DNA from: Psammoneis japonica
Taxonomy: Eukaryota
Assembly: GCA_008632985.1 (NCBI GenBank)
Contig: QPGO01000005.1
Span: 310,001-374,000 of the forward strand
Reading direction: 5' to 3'
Length of the DNA stretch: 64,000 nt
Below the pieces are notes generated by a model. The model did no database searches. It was not told the DNA's origin and saw only the letters and a list, made by a program, of their open reading frames with translations. This document shows, piece by piece, positions 45,027-59,200 of the stretch. Positions within the stretch are counted from its first letter, which is position 1. Every line of letters begins with the position of its first letter. The translations under genes and the position numbers were made by a program.

Positions 45027-48000
45027 ATGGCGTCGGAGCCGCAGAGTACTTCAAAGAAACGACTTCGTCCCGATTGGACGAATGAAAGCGATGACGAGAA
45101 AATCAAAGAAGTAGTAGAGCCAGAAGAAGTCACCTTAACGCCACACACACATCGGCTATTGCGACTCATTCAAGAAGGCACAACCGAACATGCCAAGCTA
45201 GCAGCTTCGCATCTCACATCTATTGCTGCGACATCATCTCCCTTGATACTGTGGGATTTATTGGGGAGACTTGTAGAAACATTAGCATCGCCATTGTGGA
45301 GCTGCAGATACAACGCAAGTCTTGCAGTCGAGGGGATCGCGCGACACTTGCCACCGTTGGACCAACAAGAGTTTCTTGCATCCAATCACGAGCAGCATAG
45401 TGACTCGGAGGGATTATGGTTAAGCATATCCGACTTGGATCGACCCATTGATGATTCAAAGAAAGCGATTGGCTTAGATTTGGTGATTGAAAAAGGTCGT
45501 CTCCTTCTGGCGTCGTCGGGAACTCAGTACGACTCTGAACTTGACGAAGCCTATCAGAGCGAAGCTCAACAGCTGAATCGGCTGGATGCTTCTTCTGGTA
45601 CCCGTGCTGATTTTTTAAAGGAAAGAATTGCTCTTCAACGGTCAATATTGGCGCAGCGATTGGGGTTTGGTGGTGTATTGGGTTCGGTGACGGACGAGTC
45701 ACAGTTCTTTTCGCATGTCTTGACAAACGAAGACCTTTTGGTGTCGTCATCGACTGCAGAGGTACCGTCGGCTACTTCACGTCGACAGCAGCATATGGAA
45801 CGAATCAATAGTCGGCGAAAAGAGGAGAAGGCTCGAGAGGATTCCTCTAACTCAGTACGAGCTCTGTTGGTTATGGAAATGAATCAACAACAAAAGGCAT
45901 GCGCTGGAGCGACTTCCCATAAGAACCCACAAACACTCTTGGGGACCGAATTCATCTATCAAATGTTTTCCCCATTTTGGTATGTGCGGCATGGAGCCTT
46001 GCTTGGGGCTCTTGCGTTACTTAGAGCTTGGAAAGGCTCGTACACGGACAGAAACAATGCAGCTTTCGGCGTGTGGCCTCATGACATTTTGGCACGATGT
46101 GTTTGTGTCTTGGCCTTGGATCGATTTGGTGATTATTCCGGCTCGTTTGACATAGCCAGTGATAAGAACTCAGACGAGATTTCAACAGATGTGAGTAGTG
46201 GCGGTGTTGTCGCACCCGGCCGAGAGGTGGCTGGGCAGCTCCTTTCAATGATTCTCGCAATGGCACCCCAGAAAGTTCAGCAAGATTGTTTGAATCTCCT
46301 ACTGCACATGACGAAGCATCCTACAGAATGGGAGGTGAGACATGGCGCACTATTGGCGTTGAAATATATAGTAGCTGTCATGATGGTAGATACTGCAGAA
46401 GGGAACGTGGAGATGATGAGTTGGCTTGAGAAGGTATCGCGTGCTGCAATTGAGAGACTTGTCGACAGCAGTGAAGATGTTCATTGCGTCGCATCACAAG
46501 TACTTTCCAGTCTTATTTCAGCAGAAGCAAAAGTTGTCTCTCAGACCAAATCGCATTTGGATTTCAATGCCTTGTGTGAGGCTGCGGTCAAACCACTCTG
46601 GGAAACCCTGGCAAAGGTTGGAGTTGTTTCTACTTCCGTCGTGGACCTTGTCGACTTGTTTTCTCGAATCGTTTGTCGCGACCCGAATCTAGTGCTTCGT
46701 TACCTGACAACGGATGGCGCCAGGACAAACCTTTCATCTCGTCATGCAGAAACGCTCCGACATCTTCTCGAGAAGCTTGCCGACTTCCTAGACTACCCTT
46801 CTCTGAATGTAAAGCTCTCTGCGCTCCGCTCTCTTGAGGTTGTAGCTCGGCCAATCTCAGCCATTATCGCTCGCGCTGCTGCTGTCGACCAGGGAGACGA
46901 CCAATCAACAGCTGCTTTTGCTTGTTGCGCTTCTGTCCTTCTCCAAAACCTCTTTGATTCCTACTTCGATGGCTCGCTTGTGCATCCCGACGACGGCACC
47001 GCGAGTCGCGAGCTAGAACGACTAACTAGCGCAAGGGATCACGCGTGGAGGAAGCTGGTCGATAATTTCCAGGCCCTCTTCGAGAATACCAGAGAGCTAT
47101 ACATGAAACTAGCAGTATCTTTGATTCTTCGCTACTTCGGAATCAGATGGCCGGATAGTAGCAGGTCAGCGGAAGATGGAATATCCTTGTCAGGTGCTGG
47201 AACGGCTATCCACACATCCGACTCGCTTGACCTCCATGCAGTTCGAGCCCGTACTGCACGAGTTCTTGTGTATTTTCTTTGGGCAAACATTGCTCGTACA
47301 GAGTCGGTCGATAATATTGCTGTCGACGTTGATAGGCTGCTTTGCGTCACGCTGGCTTCGCATCTGCAATCCCCTTGGCCCGACCATTGCGAGGCGGCGT
47401 GTCTGCTCTACAAGGAACTTGGCCTTTTGCTGACTACAAATGAAAGCCTCCAACCGCTGCTTCAATCGTCGCTTGAGACCTGCCAGTCCCTATTGTGCGA
47501 TATGCTGGTTCTATCGCCCTACTGTATGCGGCTCGGAACAAATAAAGAATCCGAACAGGAATTGGCCGCCTTGTGTAATAGCGCATTCACTGCCACGCTT
47601 GTTCGACAAATTGACGCAAAGAATGGAACTCCAAGCCAACCCCTTGATTCGGTACAGGAACTCGTGAACCTGTGGAAGGAGTCTTTCAAAGCAACAGGCG
47701 CAGCTATCGATGCGAATGAAGATCTCCCACCTCCGGTTAGTATGGAATCAGTACGGTTGCAAGCGGTGATAGCAGGATGCATGCTTCCCTTTGGTAGGAA
47801 ATCCCTCCCACCGAAGCTCACCCCAATGATTCGATCTCTCATGACAGCTCTAAAGAATGAGTCAAGCAGATCTCGACAGAGAGAGATCTCTTTAGACATT
47901 GTTCAGATGTTGAAGCTTCTATCTATGGGAGACGATCTGAGAGTGAGAGATAGGGTGTTAGAGAATATCTGCGTCCTTGTGGAACATGAGAAATCATCTA

Positions 48001-50766
48001 CTGGCCTTGACACCAATGCCAAAGGCTTCGCTGCGGCCGCGTATGTTCTCGAGCAAATAGTCCATCAGCTTCCAAGTGACTACACCATAGAATGCCTTCC
48101 TTCAATTTGGGCGAGAATAAAGCTATTGAACAGGTGTAATCAATCTGCCACAGAGGAAGTGGTGCTGGAGAACTCCTTACGCATTTTGGGTGTTGTGTCG
48201 AGATCGCTACGACGTGATGCCGACTCCTTCGCTCACTTGATGGACTTTGCGGTCCCATCTCTCGTGCTTCTCGCTTGCGAGTGCCCTTTTCAAAATGCCC
48301 GATGTCTTTCCCTAGCAGCGTTTGAGTCATTTTGCAGGGTCGACGCTTCGAGGACACTCAAGAAAGGATTGAGAATTGTAGTGAAGTATCTCAGAGACGC
48401 TGAAAATGACGCATACAGGCTTGCGAGTTGTACCTTGCTGCAATCGATCATCGAATCTGCCGGGACGGGAATTTGCGAGTTCGTCAGGTACCTTCTGCCT
48501 ACTGTGATGTCACTGATGACTGATCCGTTAATAGATTGCGCGAAAATGGCTGCTCGGAGTTTTGCTGAGTTAGTAATGATTGCCCCTCTAGTGCGAAGAG
48601 ACCAGTCATATTTTGTTGAGGCAACCGACGTCAACGATTCTGCCACGAAGGTGATTGATCATCTAATTCATGGATTACCCCTCCCGCCTTGTCACCTGCC
48701 AGCTGCAATCACATCGGATTTGAACCAGACCGGCACAACTCTGAGGCAGTACCAGAAAGAAGGCGTAGCTTGGCTAAGGTTTTTGCAGACGGTAAACCTC
48801 AACGGAGCTTTGTGTGATGATATGGGAACGGGAAAAACGTTGCAAGCTTTGGTGGGGATAGCAATTTCGCATTGCCAGGCGATCGAAGCTGGTGAGACCC
48901 CTGTCTCTTTGGTCGTGTGTCCTGCAACGGTCGTCGGTCATTGGGTTGCAGAAATCAAAAAGTTCTTTCCCTCCGAAAACATATTTAGAGTTTTACCGCT
49001 TGTCGGCCGCGCAAAAGACAGAAGATGTCAGTGGAATCGAGAGATCTCAGCTTGTAACATCGTTGTCACGAGCTACTCCTATCTCCGTAGTGACATTGAT
49101 TTGCTCGCAAATAAAGCGTGGCGATATTGCGTCTTAGATGAAGGCCATCTACTCAAAAATCCCAAAACAGGTATGTTTATTCTACCGTCGCAAGTTCACT
49201 CTCGCGTGTGTGATCTCATTCTGAAATCTCGTTTCTTTTCTTCACTTCAAGCTACTGCCGTCGCGTCTCGACGCATCCGCGCAAGTCACAGATTGATACT
49301 CACTGGAACTCCCGTTCAGAATCGCGTGCATGAGCTCTGGGCAGCTTTTGATTTCCTCATGCCAAACTTCCTCGGCACGGCAACTTCTTTTACGAAAGAG
49401 TTTGCAAAGCCAATTGCATTGGGGCATGCTCTTGACGCATCTGCAGAGAGCGTGGGGATTTCCATTCAGAAGTTGAAGTCCTTACACCAGCAAGTGCTGC
49501 CTTTTATTCTGCGGAGAGAGAAGGGGCAAGTTCTAGCAGAGCTTCCTCCGAAGTGTATCACGAATATACCTTGCACCATGAGTGTGGAACAAGAACGTCT
49601 CTATCGAGAGTTTTGTTCCGGAATTCGAGGCAAGAAATCTCTTGCGGCGTTGCAAAAGCTTGTGAATGAATCATCACACGAACTGCACACTGATCGTGAA
49701 TCGCAACGTCCAATAGCAGTCGGGGCTGATGTGCTTAAATCTCTACTTTACCTAAGGCTTATATGCACTCACCCCTCGCTCGTAAGTGGGCGGCAGAGAT
49801 CAGGTGCTGGCCTTTCTGACGGTAGGCCAATTGATCGTTTTGACTCCTCCGGCAAGTTGCTGGCGCTGAACGAACTGCTCCGTGGCGCCGGGATATGCGG
49901 TGATGAGATCACGGCTGCTGACAACGACACGTCTCTGTTCTTTTGTGACGATGAATGTGCTGACCACGACTCCTCTCTCGATGTTGAGAATGGGACTTCT
50001 CATGATCGTGATCAACTCGATGCAACCGCTGGCTCAGACCAAAGACCAGGTGGATCGAAGTGCTTAGTATTTGCTCAATTCAGCCAGAGCCTTGATGTAA
50101 TTGAGAAATTACTCTTCTTGCCTCACATGGCTTCGTTGCGGTACCTGCGGATGGACGGGAGCACTCCTCTCAAAGAACGAGACAGAATTGTTGAGAGCTT
50201 CAACATGGATGAAAGCATCAAGGTTATGCTGCTAACAACTCGAGTGGGTGGACTCGGACTCAATCTCACAGGTAAGTATGCTATTATCATGCAGCGCAAC
50301 CTTTGTAGAAACGTGCCTGAACCCGTTATGCTTGCGTGCATTATCAGGCGCTGACACCGTGATTTTCGTTGAGCACGACTGGAATCCACATACTGATTTA
50401 CAAGCAATGGATCGATGCCACCGCATTGGTCAAACCAAAACTGTGAATGTGTACAGGCTGGTCACGTCCGATACGATAGAGGAGCAGATAATGAAAATAC
50501 AGGACGCCAAACTTGCAATGAGTGAAGCAATCGTAAACACGGACAACTCCACAATGTACAGCATGGGAACCGATCGGCTACTGGATATCTTTGCATTTCG
50601 AGGTAAAGCAGCTCAGAACGACGGTGTCGAAAGCTGTGGCAAGAGCGAATTTGACGGGTTTGATGATTCATCCTATACTTCTGACGACTATTCGAGCCTT
50701 TCGTTGAAGGAGTTCGTCCGTGGATTCTTACGCGACAGATCTCATCACGGCAGTGAAGAATCTTGA
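45027..50766 (+). CDS. BTAF1: TBP-associated SNF2 ATPase BTAF1/Mot1
   Basis: HEAT-type [73 protein letters not shown] and [13 protein letters not shown]; introns near 49171-49251 and 50272-50348. Confidence 0.93.
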
Positions 50767-50835
50767 TAAAAGCGCTGATCTCTTTGTCAGGCTTCACCAT
50801 GGGAACGCTACCAGTACTTTTAATACCTGGATATC

Positions 50836-51453
50836 TTATAACCCATTTTCAACAAAGCCCATTGCCTGTAACACAAGTCCCGCGCACTTTCGTCGAGCTA
50901 TGTCAAAGTCGTTCTCTGAGAGAAGTGACTGCATCTCTGTTTCATCCTTTTCCGATGGTCCCAGGAGATGAAATCGTTTCGCCACATCTTGAATTAAACG
51001 ACGGGAACGCTCTTCTTCGCTCCCTCTTTCGTATTCCTGGGCAGCCATTTTCGATAGAACTACCCCGTATCCTCCGCGTCCTCCATCGGAGCCATCCCAT
51101 CGACCGCGTTGCCAAGCTAGAGCTAATACGAGCTTCACTTCTTCAAAGGGAATGACACCATTTTCACCTAAGCTAGGACTTCGAAGATTATCTACCAGGG
51201 AAGATCGTGACTGGCGATCTGAAAACTGTTGACGACAAATAGCAGCACAGTCATGCCCCGTACCAACCGCTGAGCCCCAATTCCATTCCGCAGACGTCCA
51301 GCCTGAATTGGGGATGTTGTAAATTTCTCGATTACCCGAGGACATTATCATAAACGAGAAAGCTGATACTCTTGAGGCAATAACAACTGCCAAGTAAAGC
51401 AGCACCGGTAGTGCTGTCCGTGTCTGAGCCTTTTTCATGGCCAATGTTGCCAT
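50836..51453 (-). CDS. Conserved-looking hypothetical protein, probably plastid-targeted
   Basis: Signal peptide plus VSA-FSF; Trp/Gly-rich motifs SGWTSAEWNWGSAVGTGHDCA and WQRGRWDGSDGG. Start Met 51453 or 51438. Confidence 0.7.
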   Translation of the reverse strand: MATLAMKKAQTRTALPVLLYLAVVIASRVSAFSFMIMSSGNREIYNIPNSGWTSAEWNWGSAVGTGHDCAAICRQQFSDRQSRSSLVDNLRSPSLGENGVIPFEEVKLVLALAWQRGRWDGSDGGRGGYGVVLSKMAAQEYERGSEEERSRRLIQDVAKRFHLLGPSEKDETEMQSLLSENDFDIARRKCAGLVLQAMGFVENGL

Positions 51454-51494
51454 GGTTACGTCGCCAAAATGCCAAAAAATGAAAAGTGGAGGAC

Positions 51495-51579
51495 GTGAAG
51501 TCGGACGGCTCACGCACGTACCAAATACGTCATCATCGTCCGTCCTTCTATCCAAGTTTCATGACACTGCTCGAGAAAC
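51495..51579 (+). repeat. Left copy of an ~85-90-bp direct repeat bracketing the large island
   Basis: GTGAAGTCGGACGGC...CCAAGTTTCA...CGAGAAAC aligns to 61300-61389. Confidence 0.9.
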
Positions 51580-53479
51580 AGATAGAGAAGACACAGCGAG
51601 AGTGACGACACTCCTCCGGCCGATTTCAAGACTGGCGGCATGGACCATCAGAGCTGCCATGGATGATGTGGGATCAACCTTTGGCCGTTGTTACAGGAAG
51701 ACAAGGGCCCAAGGTTGGACCCGACGGAGCAGCGACACAGCAGGGGCGGGGTGGGGGGGGGTGAAGTGCACAAGATGATTGTTCCCTGCAAGCTGGCGAC
51801 TGTGATGACACAAGGACCAGCAAGAAGAAGAGACATGGAAAAAGGTGCCTGACTGTCATCCACAAACAGTCTGGCTGGCCATGTGCACCAGCCGCACTGG
51901 TCAAAAAACTGATGACACCGTCCCCTGACCCCCCCTCCTGCCTGGCACGTCTGGGCCAGAGACAGTGCAGGTCACAGACAGGCTGACAGGGAAGGCATGA
52001 ATGTCAGCAATCAACCAGTGAGATGCATTGCAAACCAGATGACCCAAGAGCAAGTGGACAAAACAAAAACACAAGGGGCTGTTTGGGTGGCAGATGCCAA
52101 ACAGATGGGAGACAACAACGTGCCTCAACAGAGGTGTCCCGCAAGGGGGGCACTCTGATTGGAGACATGTCTGTGCCAAATGTCTGTGCCACCAGTGGGG
52201 CGCAAGGCACAATGATGGCGCACAATGCATTTTCAGGTGCTGAGGCTGTGGAACTTCAACAAAAAATCAACTGGACAGGCTTTCTTGTGACCGCCGCTGA
52301 CAGAATGCAAAACCTGTTTGTTGAGGAGGGGGTGGCACACAGGAGCAAACAGCAACATGCTCAGACTGCAACATGCCCTTTCTTTGTTTCTGCAAGGGGG
52401 CACATGCAGGCAGCCACCCACATCCACAGGTTGTTGTGCTGCTGGTGTGCCAAGTGCCAGACAGACTTTGAGTGAACATGGATTGTCAGGACAAGTGGGC
52501 TGTGCAAAAGAAGTGGATCCTTGTCACCCATGCAAGTGACATGTGCACCAGCACCCAGCTGTGCACATGGTTTGTCAGGCTCAAATTGCACTGCGTTGAC
52601 CTTGAAAAACTTTTCTGTCGGTGTCATGGGTGATGGATGGTGAGACCCATGATGGCGCACTTGGTGAGATGATCTGATCTGAGTTTGAGGCAGCAAAGCC
52701 ACACGCGCATGTTTCACATGTCCAGAACAAAGCAGATGTGGTCAACTCCAATTGCAATGACCACTTTTGCACATGACAAGCTTGGAGAGCAAGCTCCATT
52801 TTGCAACCCAACATTTGACAAGAGAATGACCTGAATCATCATCAGAGCTCCACAGAGCTCTCACCTTCAGAGAGCAGCTTTCTTGACAAGTGATGCAACT
52901 GGTGTGGAACAAGGGGTCTGCTGATGTTGCCAGCAGGATGAGTTCATTGATGATGTGCCTGTGAATCAGTGTGCCATGAATGTCATCCTTGGTTTGGATG
53001 TGTTTCAGATCATCAAAGAACTGACCCAGATCTGGGGTGCATCACCACACTTGTCATTCAGGCAACCTGTGGCCTGTTGCTGGTTTGCACATTGTTGAAA
53101 AGTGAGCTGTGTGTTGGCAAGAGTGTCAACAGCACCCTTTGTGGTGTCTTGAGATTCACCATGATGGAGGTGCCCTCATCATGCATGGAAGTGTGAGCAC
53201 TTCCAGGATCAAAAAGCTGTTTTGTGCTCATTTGGCTCACAAACCACCAAACAAAACAAGATGGGGTTGTGTCAAAAAAAAAAGAACATGTGACAAGACA
53301 AGGCTGCAAAATGATGGAGCAGAAACACATTGAGAGGTGACATGCACAACAGACTTCCCTGCAAACTGGTGGCTGTGACAACATGAGCACTGGTGAGAAA
53401 GAGTGAGAAGGAGATCTCAGAGAGATCTGCCTCATCTGCTGTCCAAAATGCTGCCTGACCATCATCTGCAAACAGCCTG

Positions 53480-54110
53480 GCCATGTGCAATGGTGCTGGC
53501 CAACTGACAGGACCAGGGCAGGTGTGCTGCCTGGTGCATTTTGCTCTGCCAATGTTGAGGATGCAAGAGCCAATGTGGATGACAGAAGCACAACAGAAAG
53601 TGTTGTGGTCTCACTCCTCCATGCTCCATCCTGAAACCAAGCAACCTGTGAAGATGTTGCAGCAAGCTGATTGACTGTTGGAGTGTGGTGGCTTGCCATG
53701 CTGTCAATGTGCACCCTCCAAAACCTGCAGTTCTTCTGCAGAAATTCTGAGTTGGCTCACACTGATCAAGACCTTGCGCTGGCAAACACAACTTAAATCA
53801 CCATTGGGCACCCAAAAGAATGATGAGATGAGCTGCAATGCGGTGATGACATGCTGGGACAGGAACAACTTGCTGTGCCCAATGCAAGCCTGGGATGCAG
53901 CAGTCTTCCACATCTCCTCAACAACCTCCCTGACTCCAGTCAATGTTTCAGCATGGATGGTCAAGCACCTGCACTTCTTTGCTCCTGTTCCAGACTTCTT
54001 CAATCCTGAAAAACCAGGAGTGCACAATTGTCATGAGCTCCAAGCCATCACAATTGCCGTGAACTGCAAGCCATTGCTCATGCAAACAATGGCCCATGCT
54101 GAGCACAGTT
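53480..54110 (+). pseudogene. Possible tyrosine-recombinase remnant of a DIRS/Ngaro-like retroelement
   Basis: Across frames: GAF..A(M)LR..E, HTDQDLALA...ITI, QKNDE...V....LLCPMQAWDAAV..I.S....TPV. This recalls the QK.DE...LCPV.AW pattern of such recombinases. From memory only. Confidence 0.4.
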
Positions 54111-55507
54111 GATGGTGCAACAACTGCTGCGCAGCTCACTCTCTTTGCTTGAGCGGCAGTGCAGAGATGAGAGTGGCTGATCAGAGATCAAAATTTTGCA
54201 AGTGAGTCATGATGGTCATGTCAACTGCAGAGCCATTCTTGGGTCACTGGGGAAATGTTCAGGGCTAGAATCTGTGACCTGAGGGGGGGGGGGCTTGGTT
54301 TGATGGGTCATTGTTTGTTGGTCCTGTGAGCCAGAGCAATTTGCACAAATCATGTGCAAGTTGGGACAGCAGGAGGCATGGACAAGTGGATGAGTGCATC
54401 TTGTCATTTGGCTGCTTGTGCACACCTGACATTCAGCAGACTCAATTTCCTGCACAAAGGTCACCTGTCATTCTCTGTTGACAATGCTGGATTTTGTTGA
54501 TGATGATGCATGAATCTGTGTCATGTGCTGCAGTGCTGTTGAGTTGCTGCTGGGGAATGGGAGTCTTGTGCCATGATGCAGAAAAGCATGCAGAAAAAGT
54601 TGTGCTCCACAAAATTCTTGGGGGGGAGAAAGCTGACTCAGATTTTTTGCCTTGTTTCATGTGACATTTGCATCCCAGTGACCATGTCAGTTGGAGGCCA
54701 GTGGTGGCTTAAGGTGCTTGGTCCTGTGAATGAGCTCAACACTTTGCTCTCTTCAGCAATGCTCAAGGGAGAGGCACTTGGGGATGATGATGCAGCACAC
54801 CTGCAAAAAAACAGTGACAAGGGTGTCACGGTCACGGCGCAGTTTTTGACATCACACATTCACTGCACCTGCCACAGAGCTTGTTGACAGAGCTCTTCCA
54901 TTGGTGTGTGATGAGAAGCTTGTGTCTGCAGGCATTGATGGTGCCTTGGTTGATGCATGAGAAGCTTGTGTCATCTGCAGGTGTTGTTCCAGTCTGTGCA
55001 TTGACAGGTTCCATCATTGACAACAAAAGTGTGGCCCAAGAGGCTCCTCAAGACAGAAGTGTCCAAAACACCAACTGGTGAACAGAGGAGTTTTCTGCAA
55101 AGCACAAGACAGCACATGATCTAGGATGCCAGCACTCTGGGTCTGACTGCCTGTCATGATCTGGGACTTTCCTCACTGTGATCACAAAAATGGTGTTGCT
55201 CAACAAGCCAGGCATTTTTTTTTTGTTTTAGCTCAAAACTGGCTGAGTTTGCAGGGCTCTGTCAGAAGCAAAACCACACTCCACTTTTGTCAAAGGGCAA
55301 TCTTGTGTCCAGCCCCACAGTCAATTTGGTTCTTTGAGTTTGTTTTGTTGTTTCTCTTGCTGCCGTCTCTCTTCATTCAATGCAGTCACTGCCCCTGATT
55401 TGTCTCATTGCATGTTTCTTTAAAAATTTGTGCTCCATGCCACCACCTTCATGTTTTTTACCTTGCCACAGATTTTAACTGCCGCTGAAGTTGTGGCTTG
55501 CACACTG

Positions 55508-55931
55508 GCTTGGTTGATTGCTGCTGCTGCATGCTTGTTCTGCACTGGCATTTTTTGTGCTTTCAAAGGCAGGTCATCCCTCCCATTGGTGTGTCACACC
55601 ACTCCTCTCTCTCCTCCCTCTTTCATTTCTTTTCTGCTTCCCTGGACAAGCTTGGCGTTGATTGCCATTGCTGCTGCTTGTTCTGCACTGGCATTTTGTG
55701 CATTCAAAGGCAAGTCATCTCTCTCCCGTTGGTGTGTCCCACCACTCCTCTCTCTCCTCCCTCTTAAATTTCTTTTCTGCTTCCCTGGACAAGCTTGGTT
55801 GATTGCTGTTGCTGCTGCTTGTTCTGCACTGGCATTTTGTGCATTCAAAGGCAGGTCATCTCTCCTGTTGGTGCATCCCACCACTCCTCTCTCTCCCCCT
55901 CTTTCATTTCTTTTCTGCTTCCCTGGACAAG
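55508..55931. repeat. Three tandem copies of a ~142-bp unit
   Basis: Units start at 55508, 55650 and 55793; each ends CTTCCCTGGACAA. Confidence 0.95.
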
Positions 55932-57569
55932 TTTGCTTTTTCTCACCTCTGTTCACTCCTGGAACCCAGACTGCAACCTGGGTTGTCAGCTCTGTCCTGC
56001 TTTGCCCACCACACATGCACAGCTCATTGCATTTCTGTGGGTGATCCTTCCATGCTCCATCCCTGACTCTGCTTTGCCAACTCACCCCTTCCTTGGGTCA
56101 TGCACTTCACATCCTTTACATTGTCCGCTGTCAGTTTCCTCCTCCTTGCAGTGTCATCTTTTTGTCCTTCTCCAATTTTTAAGTTGTGATGGAAGCCTTG
56201 TTGCAGAAGTTCAAGCACACGAACATGGCAAATGCATGGATGAAACAGCAAGTCATTCTTCTGGTGATTCAGCGGTGCTTCTGCCAAAATGTGTCTGGCC
56301 CACCACTGTCGGCACAATGTTTTCCACAGGAACCATGCACACATGTCCCTGTCTGCTTGGCTTTTCTTCAAGTCCTTGCACTCTGCCAGCAAACCTTCCA
56401 AAGTGAAAACTGCACGTGCACAAAAAATGATGCACCAGGCTCACCTGTTTGAAAAGACACACAACTCTGACTCTTTGTCAGGTGCATCATTGTGGCTCAC
56501 CTGTTGTTCATCTCCTGGTGTTGTCTTGCACATTGTTCCTCTTTCTGTTGAGCACATTCCAAAAGACCTCTTTGCATGCATTCCAGAATGCTTTTTTTAA
56601 CCTTGCCATGCTTCTCTTGAACTCCTGCAATGCCATTTTTGTACAATCACCTCCCAGCACTGCCAGCTCTTTTTCAAACGACAACAATGAATTTGTGGTG
56701 CAGCCACAAAAGTTCATTGACAACCTTGGTCAACATTGATCCAACTGTTCTCTTGCTCATGACTGGAGTGTGATCCATCACCTGATGTCCCATCGGAGTT
56801 GCCACAGAACTGGAGCTGCCCCATTCCAGCTAGAATCAATGCAATTCTTTCATTTGCAGGTTCATGAGCCCTGCTGTTGCAGGGCTCATGGTCACCGCAA
56901 TTCATCCCAAAATTGCCAACAAACTTGTTGGCAGTCTCTCTGATCATCTGTCCTCTTGCAACTCCTGCTCTGCCCAACTCACTGCCAGGAGCCACCCTGC
57001 CACCATCTGGTTCTGTCTGCCCTGTCACAACTGAGCCTTCCATCTGCATGCACTCTTTTCTGCATCTCAAGACTGTGGCATTTGTTGTCATCACCCATTG
57101 TTTGTGCCACCAGAAGTGGCAAAGTGAGCGCACTTTTTCAGAGTTGGCTTCTGTGTTTTGTCATTGGAGGCATCTCCTGATTCACTGCCTTTGCACCAAC
57201 TTTCTTGGCTCATCTCTTTGATGATGGTGGAACATGTCCAATCTTCTCACCATTTGAAAAGTCTCTTAACAAGTGCAACCACCACATTCAGGCAAACGCC
57301 TGACTCCGATTGTGGCAAGGTGATGTGGCAAAGTGCAACTGAGCTCTGTGCAATCCAAGAGCAGACATGATTCTTGGCCATTTGGCAACATGGATGAAGC
57401 ACAACAATGTGGAATTTGAGCATGCTCTGTTTGATGTTTTGGGCAGAACAAGAGCCAGATTGATGTCATCATGATGAAGGCCAGAGATGCAGCAACCCTT
57501 GGTGCAAGAGTTTTGCTGCAAGTGGAAGGTGTGCCAAAACAACACTTTTCTAGATGGGTGTTGCATTGG

Positions 57570-57680
57570 GGAGCATTTGTTCAAGCACTGGGTGGCAATG
57601 GCCAACCCTGTTGTTGGAATGGACCACAACAAAAACACACAACATTTCATTGGCAAAGGTGCATGATCATGTGCTGGCCT
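57570..57680 (+). pseudogene. Possible Myb/SANT-like (Harbinger ORF1-type) remnant
   Basis: W.....NPVVGMD(Q/H).K..TF.W..VHDH pattern across frameshifts resembles LCxAW...DPIVGxDQ...FW. Confidence 0.25.
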
Positions 57681-58089
57681 TCTCCCACAGCTCACAGTTT
57701 GGTCTGGTGCAAATGTTGCACAAGCTGCTCACAACAAGTTCACAAGAGCTTGAATCTGGCAAGGTGCTGCTGTGTTTGATTGTGTTCTCCTGCAGCTCTT
57801 AGTTTGGTCTGCTGCAAATGTTGTGCAAGCCATTCACAACAAGCTCCTGAGAGCTCAAATCCTGCAAGGTGTCATTGAATCCTTTGCCAAGCTCTGTTGG
57901 TCAGGGTTCACAGGGACATCTGACAACTTGGCACTTTGACCCTCTCCAAATTCTGCCACAGCCCATCATGGACTTCAACGTTGCTTGACAACAAAGTTCC
58001 AACTCAGATTGGCCAGTGGATGACACATGAGGAGGTGTTGGAGCCTGCCAGTTCCATGGTGGGTTGGGATCACAGGTTGCACCACTTCA

Positions 58090-58410
58090 TCTGCCAGAAA
58101 CAAACAGCAACACTTTGCAAGAAAGAGTGGCACTTGCATCAATCTGCTTTGACTGCTGAAAGCAAATGGCGCTGCTTCACATGAAAGAGATTGTGTTTGT
58201 GGAGATTGTGATGCTTTGTCTGCTGGAAGCAAACAGCGCCACTTTGCAAGCAAGAAAGAGCCTCCTTGTTTTGGCAAAAGTGCCTCACATGGCATCTCAC
58301 TCCTTTGTCTGTCAAAAGCAAACAACAGTGCTTCAAAACAAAAAGGGCAGGTTGCGGCATTTGCAGAGATGTTGATGCTTCTTTTGCTGGAAGCAAACAG
58401 TGCTGCAGAG
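58090..58410. repeat. About 5 degenerate copies of a CTGCTGGAAGCAAACAGC-like motif at 65-90 bp spacing
   Basis: Copies near 58091, 58153, 58220, 58309 and 58385. Confidence 0.6.
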
Positions 58411-59097
58411 CAACAAGCACAACAAATCCCACTGCAGCCATTTTGCCATTTCCAAATGTGCACTCAGCAGGGTGTGCCTTTTGATGGTTTTTTGTCATGC
58501 AGTTGATGCAGCCCTCAAACATCTCAAGCTGCACTGCAGCAATTCTTTTTTCAGAGAGTTCTGGGGTGATGAATGAAGTGCCTTCTCACTCATGGCCTTC
58601 ATTTGATCATGATTCTTGCTGAGTGTCAGTGTCGCCTCATCTGAGATGGCTGCCTCTTCCTGCAGCTTTTCATTCATGCCAATTGCTTCCAGGCCACTTG
58701 TCAATGTGGTCCACAATGTGTTGGATTGTCATCTTCTGCAGCAGAGAAGGGAACCCTTCCAACACTTTCCAGGTCCAAGTTGTTGTCTGAGCCACTGGGG
58801 CTGCTCTTCAGTTGCTCTCTGCTGTTGTCATTGTCGTCATGCCCAAAATTGTCAAAGTCAGACAGAGCTGCCCCCTCCTCTGTTGTTCAAATCATCCTTC
58901 TCCTGAGCTTTGTGGGCATCTGTCACCACCACAACTTCTTGGTTTGATGGGTCATGGCAGTCTGGCTGAGCATGATGCACTGCACTGTGACTTGACACCA
59001 TGACACAACAATGTGACAGACAGTGGTGGCAGAGGAGCTGCGACATTGACCATGCATCACATGACACTGCAAAATGGTCTACAAAGCCACAAAAATC

Positions 59098-59200
59098 TCA
59101 AACAAGGAGCTTTGCCTTGGCCCTGGAGAGTTCACCTGCTGACAGGGTTCCATTGTCATGCAAAGCCTTGAGCTTGGCAAGCTTTTCTGTGACATCATCA
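59098..59200 (-). pseudogene. SHOCT-like C-terminal domain remnant
   Basis: DDVTEKLAKLKALHDNGTLSAGELSRAKAKLLV* fits LxxLKxLxDxGxL(S/T)xxE(F/Y)xxAKxKLL. Confidence 0.55.

Noticed and set aside
58090..58410. CRISPR-like repeat-spacer array
   Set aside because: Repeats are degenerate with irregular, partly similar spacers. The context is eukaryotic with no cas genes; more likely a decayed coding repeat.
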